Part shown: positions 1 to 7,483 of the stretch, piece after piece | Numbering within the stretch: position 1 is the first letter of the stretch | Layout: every line of letters begins with the position of its first letter | Source of the DNA: Bacteroidetes/Chlorobi group bacterium ChocPot_Mid | GTDB taxonomy: Bacteria > Bacteroidota > Ignavibacteria > Kapaibacteriales > UBA2268 | Length of the DNA: 34,318 nt | Assembly (NCBI GenBank): GCA_003731675.1 | Contig: RCNQ01000145.1 | Location: forward strand, 1 to 34,318 | Reading direction: 5' to 3' | Position numbers and translations under genes: made by a program | The notes under the pieces: model-generated | Database searches by the model: none | What the model was told of the DNA's origin: nothing | The model's input: the letters and a program-made list of their open reading frames with translations, nothing else

Positions 1-3000
1 ATAATCTCAGGCAACGAGATAACCGGATTTGGATACGGAGTAGTTGACATGGGAGGTGGTGCATTGATGAGAATCGGGCACAACCAATGGACAAAATACT
101 ACAACAGCAACAACACGATAAGCAACAACGTAATCAAGAATGTAAGTCGTGCAGGAATCTGGTTAGGCTACACAGAGAACGAAAAAGTAACAGGCAACAG
201 GATCTACAACGTAACAGGCTTGGGAGCCAACACATACTTAGAAGGCGGCAACCCAGTCAACTACGATGCAGGAGGAATACTTGCAGGAGGCGACCCATAC
301 CAGACAACATGGAAGGGCTTCAACAACATAGATTTATTAATCTCAGGCAATGAGATAAGCAATGTAACCTCGAACTACATAGCATACGGAATCAAAGTAG
401 AGCAGAGCTTAATAAGCTATCCGAAGACCCCAACAGACACATACTTCCCTGACAGGTCAGAGAACACAACAGTAATGAACAACATAGTCTGGGGCTTAAC
501 AACAGCATACAATGTATCAAGAGTAGGCATCAGGGTATTTACAGAGCGCGTAAGCATAGCAGCAACAAACTTTTTGAATGCCAAAGTGCCGACCTACTTT
601 ACAACAGGCGACAAGATAATGAACAACACAGTAATCATGCCAGACGACGAAGGCAAGACAACAGGTGGATTAGCATGTATCGCATTGCAGCACTCCAATG
701 GAGGCAAAATACTAAACAATGCAGTAGCAATGCTCGACAACTACGTTGACGTAAGATTAATCGGATCGGGAGGTTCACCAGCCGCATCAGCAATATTCTA
801 TCAAGGAGTAATGCCGGGCGAGACAAATGGCTTAGAGTCTAACAGGAATGCATTCTGGCAACCAGCAGCATACTTGCCACACGAAGGACCATCAGCATAC
901 GGATTCGTAGAATTAGATGTGGACGGAAGCTTCATCGAGCCATCAGTAGCAGGACAATACCAGATATTGGGCTACGAGACATTACGTCAATGGAGGAACT
1001 GGACAAATCAGGATTACAACTCAGTAATAGCGAACTTCACAGACGACTTAGAGTACACAGGCACATCTGTACAATACTTGAGAGTAAAGAACCCAAGACC
1101 ATTTGGTTCAGTACTCAATGACAGAGGCTTCAGACTGACAGAATACTTAGGAGGTGGAGTAGGAACATACAATTACGATGCATTTGGCACTCAAAGAGGC
1201 GTAAACGGACAGTTATACGACATAGGAGCTGAAGAATTCGAAGGACAGATGTACTTAAGCGATGTAGAGTTCCAGATGATAAGCTCACCGAGTGCATACA
1301 AATCAGGCGTAGGAACATTCTCAGACGCAGAGCACATAATGACAACCTTACCGATAGACTTCAAGGTAATCTTGAGGAACAGCGGTAACATATTCCAGGC
1401 AGCAACAAAGGTAAGATTGGAAGTAATCAGTACAGATGCTGGGATACACTACTATGACACAGTAACAACAGACATCGTAGTAGCACAGAGCAAAGAAGTA
1501 ACGTTCAAGATACCGAACAGCATAATCAAGACATACTCAGAATTACCAGGAGTAACAGTGCCGTCGAGATTTGACCCGACAATGAAGGCAAACGTAACAC
1601 CGGTTTACACATTCAAAGTAGAGGTACAGGCAGATGAGAACAATGAGAACAACAACGGCGAAGCCGACTTCAGGTTCTACATCAGGCAATCGAATGCCAA
1701 GTTGATGGTAATCAGTGCAGAATATGCCAACACACTTGTAGAGAACGGTGGAACGACAGTAAGGACAGTAGATGAATTAGCAGGAAGATTGAACTACAAA
1801 GCATTGCAGGATGCATTCGAGAAGATGAAGCTATGGCCAAGAATAAACAGAGACATAGACTATCCAGGCGACCAGATGGACACATTCAAAGTTGACGTAT
1901 TCGACAGAATGTCATGGGAGCCGAAGAGTGTAGATTACAGGATGTACAAATATGTATTCTGGTCAGACAGGAACGACTCAAGCGGAAGCCCGTTAGCATT
2001 GAACCAGCTGACAAGATACCAGCAATGGGATTTGAGAGAATTCCTTGATGCAGGAACAACAAACAACAAGAGGAACCTGATAATAGCTAGTCAGGAAGCA
2101 GTAAGAAATGCAAGCTTCAGTGGCGATGCAAAAGCAGTCAAGTTCATGAACGAGACATTGAGAGCAGTTTACACAGACGACACTAAGAAGGGACAAGCCT
2201 TTGGCATAGGAACGAACTGCAACTTGAAGCAGATAAAAGGTGTAGCCTTAGGCAAAGACTTCATCCAATTGGTAAAAGAGACAGGAGCATACTTTGATTA
2301 TCCGACATCGGCAAACAGAGTATACGACATGTTCCCGAAAGTAGGCTTTGTAAGCTTATTCACCAAGGGCGAAGGCATAGCCAAAGAGAGCCATGTATAT
2401 CCGGGCACAACACCAGCTAACCTAAACACAGGCGTAGCAATGACAACATTGACCAAGAACGTAATCTACATAGGTATAGACTGGAGACACTTTGGAGACC
2501 CAGAAGCAATCTTAAGGTCAGTAATGGATTACTACGACAAGAATGGTGGAACAGAGATACCAATCGAATTGGCAGACTTCAATGCAAAAGCAAGGACGAA
2601 CAGAGTAGAAATCAGCTGGGTAACCGAGAGCGAGTTAAACAGTGAGAAATTCGAAGTCGAAAAAGCTGTAGTCAAAGAAGGAGTCAAGGAGAGCTTTGCG
2701 AAGATAGCAGAAAAAGCAGCGGCAGGCAAGAGCAGTATCAAGCTTGAATACGGACCGGTCGTAGACAGGGAAGTAGTCAAAGGCGGACAATACATCTACA
2801 GATTGAAGATGATAGACAAAGACGGAAGATACGCATACAGCAATGAGAGAATGGTAGAAATCGGAGGCGAAGGCTTGTGGTTAGGCGAAGCAACGCCAAA
2901 CCCAGTAGAAGGCATAGCAAAATTCGAGATAGCAACAGGCGACAAGGGAATAGAGATGTACGTATATGACGTCAATGGAAGAGAAATGGGATTGAAGCAT

Positions 3001-3117
3001 GAAATCAAGGACGGACTGTTAGAAATAGACATGAGCGGAGTAATTAGCGGAGTCTATACAGTAGTTTTGAAATCAGGCGATATGATGATAACCAGGCAAG
3101 TTAGAGTCGTAAGATAA
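1..3117 (+). CDS. Large secreted surface protein, 5'-truncated by the window edge: parallel beta-helix (PbH1-type) repeats, Ig/CARDB-like middle region, Fn3-like module and C-terminal T9SS (Por) sorting domain
   Basis: Frame 1 is open from nt 1; IISGNEITGFGYGVVD precedes the first Met at 49, so the true start lies upstream of the window. Repeated xISGNEIxNV / NNxIxNV segments are typical of right-handed beta-helix proteins. The C-terminus (ATPNPVEGIAKFEI...MYVYDVNGREMG...GVYTVVLKSGDMMITRQVRVVR) matches the T9SS C-terminal domain pattern. A strong terminator follows. Confidence 0.8.
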   Translation: MISGNEITGFGYGVVDMGGGALMRIGHNQWTKYYNSNNTISNNVIKNVSRAGIWLGYTENEKVTGNRIYNVTGLGANTYLEGGNPVNYDAGGILAGGDPYQTTWKGFNNIDLLISGNEISNVTSNYIAYGIKVEQSLISYPKTPTDTYFPDRSENTTVMNNIVWGLTTAYNVSRVGIRVFTERVSIAATNFLNAKVPTYFTTGDKIMNNTVIMPDDEGKTTGGLACIALQHSNGGKILNNAVAMLDNYVDVRLIGSGGSPAASAIFYQGVMPGETNGLESNRNAFWQPAAYLPHEGPSAYGFVELDVDGSFIEPSVAGQYQILGYETLRQWRNWTNQDYNSVIANFTDDLEYTGTSVQYLRVKNPRPFGSVLNDRGFRLTEYLGGGVGTYNYDAFGTQRGVNGQLYDIGAEEFEGQMYLSDVEFQMISSPSAYKSGVGTFSDAEHIMTTLPIDFKVILRNSGNIFQAATKVRLEVISTDAGIHYYDTVTTDIVVAQSKEVTFKIPNSIIKTYSELPGVTVPSRFDPTMKANVTPVYTFKVEVQADENNENNNGEADFRFYIRQSNAKLMVISAEYANTLVENGGTTVRTVDELAGRLNYKALQDAFEKMKLWPRINRDIDYPGDQMDTFKVDVFDRMSWEPKSVDYRMYKYVFWSDRNDSSGSPLALNQLTRYQQWDLREFLDAGTTNNKRNLIIASQEAVRNASFSGDAKAVKFMNETLRAVYTDDTKKGQAFGIGTNCNLKQIKGVALGKDFIQLVKETGAYFDYPTSANRVYDMFPKVGFVSLFTKGEGIAKESHVYPGTTPANLNTGVAMTTLTKNVIYIGIDWRHFGDPEAILRSVMDYYDKNGGTEIPIELADFNAKARTNRVEISWVTESELNSEKFEVEKAVVKEGVKESFAKIAEKAAAGKSSIKLEYGPVVDREVVKGGQYIYRLKMIDKDGRYAYSNERMVEIGGEGLWLGEATPNPVEGIAKFEIATGDKGIEMYVYDVNGREMGLKHEIKDGLLEIDMSGVISGVYTVVLKSGDMMITRQVRVVR

Positions 3118-3141
3118 TAGCAGGTCTGAACAATGAAAAAA

Positions 3142-3172
3142 GGGTTGCCGATTACGGCAACCCTTTTTTTTT
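3142..3172. terminator. Rho-independent terminator, probably bidirectional, between convergent genes
   Basis: GGGTTGCCG (3142-3150), loop ATTA, CGGCAACCC (3155-3163): a perfect 9-bp GC-rich stem followed by a T9 run, and preceded by an A6 run that gives a U-tract on the other strand. Confidence 0.85.
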
Positions 3173-3276
3173 AATATATCACTTAGTTTCTTTATCAAAC
3201 CTTTTTATCTTAAAATGGAGAAAAGATTGAAAATAACTAATAACCATGCAATACTAAAATTATGCTTACCACAAAA

Positions 3277-4467
3277 TTAACATCCTCCCACAACTCTCTT
3301 TTGAGTCTTCTTTACTGGTCCTGCCGATTTATTTTGTTTTATTAAATCAGGAATTATCTTACTTGCCCTCATTCTGAAACGATAAGTATATTTCTCTTCA
3401 TTAGTAGTTGTATCACTGGTAAATTTAGGCTCTAAAATTAATTTTCTAAATTCATTAAAACCACCTTTCAATACCCTAATATTTTTATATCCAAGCTCAC
3501 TTGCAATTATTGCATACTTTCTTTCAGTCAATTCATCATTAGATAAAAATATGTTCACCTTATGCCGTAAAGTCAACACCTTATTAGGCTCCTTCTCAAA
3601 CAAATTATCCAATAAAAATAATGTAGATTTAGGTAAATTCAATTGCTGGTATTCATTAGCAGACCTAAAATCAATTATCTGAATTCTTTTGTCATCACTC
3701 ATTATCCTGCAAGCAAGTTCATCAACTGTAATCTCATCGAGTTGATAAGATTTAACAATTTTTTTATCCTCAACCATTTTCAACAATGTTGCTTTTCTTT
3801 CCGGGAACATAAACGATGACAAAGCAATAAGCAACCCTATTACTCCTAAACTTAGATAATAAGGTGTAAACCGAATCACCGGCTTTTTTATCCCATTAAC
3901 TCGATTTTCAATTATTGACGTAAATACAAAAGCTAACAAAGCCGTAGCAGTTAGTAAAAAAGCAAATAATGACTGAGAAATCCCCAATGTCTCAAACATG
4001 CGTGGATTACCCCAATTAGCTGATTTGTATAATCCTTCAACAATAGGATATCCCTCCGCAAAAATCAGAACACCCAATACAGCACCACCAATAAAAATCA
4101 TAGCATCAATTTTCCCGATAGCTGCTGCACAAACGCTCGTTCCTGGACAAAATCCTCCAATCACAAACCCCAACCCCATAATCAAACCACCTATAATTGC
4201 AGACCACAGAAATGTAGGATTAATATAAATCAAACTAATATCTATCAAACCGAAATGTGCAAGTACCATAACACCAATCATGGCAACAACCCCGGCAGTA
4301 AAGAATACTCTTAATACCGTGAAGTCATAACCATAAAACAATCCGACTAATTTCTTCGATGTCGAAAAGCCTGCTTGTTCAAGAATTGCTCCGAAAAATA
4401 TACCAATTATCAGAGCAACTATGAAATTCAAGTCATTACTAATTATATCAGGAACTAATGGTCCCAT
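3277..4467 (-). CDS. YeeE/YedE-family sulfur-compound transporter half fused to a C-terminal rhodanese-like domain that lacks the catalytic Cys
   Basis: The N-terminal ~220 aa are multi-TM and carry the YeeE/YedE signature GGFCPGTSVCAAA. Residues ~245-340 (IQIIDFRSANEY...RVLKGGFNEF) look rhodanese-like. The active-site loop reads IFLSNDELTER, with Ser309 (codon 3541-3543) where Cys is expected. The protein ends ...KRVVGGC. SD AAGGAGA lies 8 nt upstream of the ATG. Confidence 0.8.
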   Translation of the reverse strand: MGPLVPDIISNDLNFIVALIIGIFFGAILEQAGFSTSKKLVGLFYGYDFTVLRVFFTAGVVAMIGVMVLAHFGLIDISLIYINPTFLWSAIIGGLIMGLGFVIGGFCPGTSVCAAAIGKIDAMIFIGGAVLGVLIFAEGYPIVEGLYKSANWGNPRMFETLGISQSLFAFLLTATALLAFVFTSIIENRVNGIKKPVIRFTPYYLSLGVIGLLIALSSFMFPERKATLLKMVEDKKIVKSYQLDEITVDELACRIMSDDKRIQIIDFRSANEYQQLNLPKSTLFLLDNLFEKEPNKVLTLRHKVNIFLSNDELTERKYAIIASELGYKNIRVLKGGFNEFRKLILEPKFTSDTTTNEEKYTYRFRMRASKIIPDLIKQNKSAGPVKKTQKRVVGGC

Positions 4468-4482
4468 TGTATTATCTCCTTA

Positions 4483-4998
4483 TCATATCCAAAATTTTCT
4501 AAAAAAATAAGCAAATCCATAAGCTCCACCGAATATTGCGAACATTGTAATAATACCTCCGGTGGACATTACTGCCATGCCACTTAAAGCCGCACCACTT
4601 GTGCAACCCCTGCCAAGTTGAGAACCAAACCCCCAGAGCAAACCTCCAATAATTGCCCCAAAAACCCTTATTCTATTTGTTGTCCTTGGACCTTTCTCTA
4701 ACTTAAAATTCAATCGGTTTGAAATCAATCCCGAAATAAAAGCACCAATTAATACTCCCACAATTTCAAAAACTAACCAATTCATCAATGGGCTTCCAGA
4801 ATGCTCCCCCGAATACTCCTTATAAAACTTTGCTGTTTGTGTATGTTCTGGAGCTACTGTTTCAACTGTAGCTACAGTAAAACTTTTGATAGCTCCACTT
4901 GCACCTAACCCTCTACCGGTAATGTAAATCGTTGCAACAAGTAAAATGCCCAACAAAACACCTGCAAGGTAAGGATTCATATATTGTTTCTCTTCCAT
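4483..4998 (-). CDS. YeeE/YedE-family sulfur-compound transporter half
   Basis: 171-aa polytopic membrane protein with the second YeeE/YedE signature GRGCTSGAALSG. It lies 15 nt upstream of the other half and 2 nt downstream of the cytochrome b gene. Confidence 0.8.
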   Translation of the reverse strand: MEEKQYMNPYLAGVLLGILLVATIYITGRGLGASGAIKSFTVATVETVAPEHTQTAKFYKEYSGEHSGSPLMNWLVFEIVGVLIGAFISGLISNRLNFKLEKGPRTTNRIRVFGAIIGGLLWGFGSQLGRGCTSGAALSGMAVMSTGGIITMFAIFGGAYGFAYFFRKFWI

Positions 4999-5000
4999 AT

Positions 5001-5675
5001 CTATTTATCCTCCAAAATTGTTTTATTTTCATCAGCTAATTCCTCTTTCTTCTCTTCACCATCTTCATTTTCCAATTCTTCGTATCCAGTCAACATCGCT
5101 TTTAAATTCGAAGTAATTGTTTCGCCTGTTGTTATCAAATATAAATGAACAACTATAAAAGCAATCAGAATAAAAGCGGCTAAAGTATGCAAAACAGCTA
5201 TAATTTCTAACGATTCAATATTCATCGCTTGTACCCCATGTCTGGTTGGATACCTGTAAAACATATAAAATAAACCCGAAGTTACTATCACAGGAATCAC
5301 AATAATCTTTAATCCGAAATACGTTAATTTCTGCAGTGGATTCAGCTTGCTCAACACAGTCTTTTTTGTCGGATGTGGAGCATTCTTAAAAATTCCAAAA
5401 ATATAATAATTCAACTGAGCTTTAATATTCTTCAAAGTCGGTATATATTGCTTCCATTCACCTGTGGTGAAATGCCAAAATATCGCAAAAACAATAAGAA
5501 TTAAAAACATATACGCTGCTATTGTGTGATATCTCACAGCATCCCTAAATCCAAAAAAACTATATACCCCATGGATTTCAAAACCAGAAAATGCTAAAAA
5601 GAAAATCAACAAAGCTTGCATCCAATGCCAAAAACGCTCAAATGACTTATATACCAAAAACAATTTTTTACTCAT
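5001..5675 (-). CDS. b-type cytochrome membrane subunit (Ni/Fe-hydrogenase / PhsC / FdnI-like cytochrome b family)
   Basis: FERFWHWMQALLIFFLAFSGFEIHG is the N-terminal motif of the cytochrome b561/Ni_hydr_CYTB type. There are four hydrophobic helices with conserved His (HW, HT, HF, HL). ATGA start/stop overlap with the octahaem gene. Confidence 0.75.
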   Translation of the reverse strand: MSKKLFLVYKSFERFWHWMQALLIFFLAFSGFEIHGVYSFFGFRDAVRYHTIAAYMFLILIVFAIFWHFTTGEWKQYIPTLKNIKAQLNYYIFGIFKNAPHPTKKTVLSKLNPLQKLTYFGLKIIVIPVIVTSGLFYMFYRYPTRHGVQAMNIESLEIIAVLHTLAAFILIAFIVVHLYLITTGETITSNLKAMLTGYEELENEDGEEKKEELADENKTILEDK

Positions 5676-7246
5676 TTGACACCTCTCTTATCCTTAAATG
5701 AATTAATAACTCTCAATGCACCATGAACAAATACCCCAGCAAATGATGCAACGATTAATAATAGTCCTAATACTTCAACCGGCTTTGAATAATCCCTCCC
5801 AGGCATATAAAAGTCAGTCAATCCGGCAAGTCTCGAATTATTGCGAGTATGACACTCACTACATTTCACTGCATTCTCTTTTGGAGAAACCATATGATTT
5901 ATAGGCCAATACATCACAGTCTCAATAAAAGACACCTTACCGCTAAATGGCAAATTTGCATCTCTCATTCCTACCTCAGATGCAGTTTGCCAGTTGAAAT
6001 CTTTCCAAAAAGCTCCTTCTCCTTTATTCTCAGCAAAAAGCTTTGGCTGTATTAAAATTCTGTTTACCGGGTCATAAGGTTGCTTGGCTTTATGAATTTT
6101 GACAGGAACAATTTTGGATTCATCATCTGAATATGAACCATTCAATTTATTCAATACCAAAGGTTTTGAAGTATCTTCAATTTTATCCCCTTCCAAGTAA
6201 TGAGTAGCTGTCCCATTGAACCAGATATAATCAGGCTTTACATTTTTCTTCCAAATGAACTTTCCTTTAATTGACATATAAGCATGATTGCCCATACTAT
6301 CTTCTTCCACATAAGGTTCACCATTTCTCAATTTCCCTGCTTGTGACCAATCCCAATACATTTTTGTAGCATTTACTTTTGCATAAGTCGGTATGTGACA
6401 ACTCTCACAAGCAACTTTTAGAGTATGCTTATTCAACATATCATCATCATGAGGGTTATTCGTATGACATTGCTCACAATTATTACGATTTGTACATGTT
6501 GATGCCATTGAAAACAACTTCCCGGAAATAACATGTTTTTCAGTTAAATGACAATCAACACACTGCATATTCATACCATCAGTCCCCATATGCACATCAA
6601 CATCCCTTGTTGGTTCAAACATCGACATCTCCAGGTCTCCATGCTTGACATTGTTGCCTCCACCACCATAAAAATGACACACTCCACAATTTGTCCGTTT
6701 AGGTTTGCCAACATTCTCAGCAATTTTATTAAAATCCAACGTAGCAACCGGAGCTCCACCTTTTTCCTGAGCTTTCACGTAGGTTTCAGTATTGTCATGA
6801 CATACCAAACAATCTATATTAGATGAATCCGTATAAATTTTTCCCTTGGCATCCATACCAAACCCTATATGACACTTAGCACAACTTTCTTCATTCCCCT
6901 TAGTACCAATGCAGAAATTATTTATAGCATTCTTCTTACCAATATATACTATTCCACGCCCCTGAATATATTCTTCTCTTTCCCAGTTCCAGTGATTGGA
7001 CTTCATAATTTCCTTATGCCTTTGATTATGACAGCTAATGCAAGCCAATGTAATCTGTTGAGGAGTAGTGAACTTCTGCTGCAGAATTGCAAATTTAGAA
7101 TGGTCAACCGAAGAAGTAATCTTTTTTGAATATTTCTCCTTCAGTTTCATTAAAGTAGTTGGTTCATATTCATTTTGAGACAAAACCCCAAAAGCAATAA
7201 TAATTATTAAACCAACTAATGCCAATACAACCACTATTTTCTTCAT
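5672..7246 (-). CDS. otr: Octahaem c-type cytochrome, tetrathionate reductase (Otr) family, with an N-terminal signal/anchor and a C-terminal TM helix
   Basis: Eight CXXCH motifs: CISCH, CAKCH, CLVCH, CGVCH, CVDCH, CEQCH, CESCH, CSECH. The N-terminal block CISCHNQ..IMKSNHWNWE...NNFCIGTKGNEESCAKCHIGFG resembles the Otr family as I remember it. Hydrophobic N-terminus MKKIVVVLALVGLIIIIAFGVL and C-terminal helix LGLLLIVASFAGVFVHGAL. Confidence 0.75.
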   Translation of the reverse strand: MKKIVVVLALVGLIIIIAFGVLSQNEYEPTTLMKLKEKYSKKITSSVDHSKFAILQQKFTTPQQITLACISCHNQRHKEIMKSNHWNWEREEYIQGRGIVYIGKKNAINNFCIGTKGNEESCAKCHIGFGMDAKGKIYTDSSNIDCLVCHDNTETYVKAQEKGGAPVATLDFNKIAENVGKPKRTNCGVCHFYGGGGNNVKHGDLEMSMFEPTRDVDVHMGTDGMNMQCVDCHLTEKHVISGKLFSMASTCTNRNNCEQCHTNNPHDDDMLNKHTLKVACESCHIPTYAKVNATKMYWDWSQAGKLRNGEPYVEEDSMGNHAYMSIKGKFIWKKNVKPDYIWFNGTATHYLEGDKIEDTSKPLVLNKLNGSYSDDESKIVPVKIHKAKQPYDPVNRILIQPKLFAENKGEGAFWKDFNWQTASEVGMRDANLPFSGKVSFIETVMYWPINHMVSPKENAVKCSECHTRNNSRLAGLTDFYMPGRDYSKPVEVLGLLLIVASFAGVFVHGALRVINSFKDKRGVK

Positions 7247-7411
7247 ATTTTTTAACCCTTATATCTTATCTTTTAAAAATAAAAAAGACTTTCAATAATT
7301 AATACAACAAACGGTTACAAAAATACCAAGATATTTGTAAATCCCAAAAATAAAAAGAAATATTAAAATGAATTAACCTTTTTTATAGAGAAAAGTCATA
7401 CAAAAATGTCG

Positions 7412-7445
7412 TTCTATGTTGCAAAAATACACTTACAACATAGAA
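7412..7445. repeat. Perfect 10-bp inverted repeat TTCTATGTTG-N14-CAACATAGAA between the two respiratory operons; candidate weak terminator or operator
   Basis: Read directly: 7412-7421 is the reverse complement of 7436-7445. It lies 39 nt downstream of the stop of the NrfD-cytochrome gene on the minus strand. A T5 run follows 5 nt after the stem on the minus strand. Function is not established. Confidence 0.4.
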
Positions 7446-7483
7446 TTAAAATACTTTTTTATTTTAGAAAATATTCTAAAAAA

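Noticed and set aside
87-3032. Several alternative-frame and antisense ORFs inside the first gene: 87-353 +, 635-826 -, 1130-1391 -, 1993-2196 -, 2532-2795 - and 2796-3032 -.
   Set aside because: They are fully embedded in a 3.1-kb ORF with clear domain structure. Their translations are low-complexity (Q/R-rich or L/S-rich), typical of shadow frames in a compositionally biased gene.
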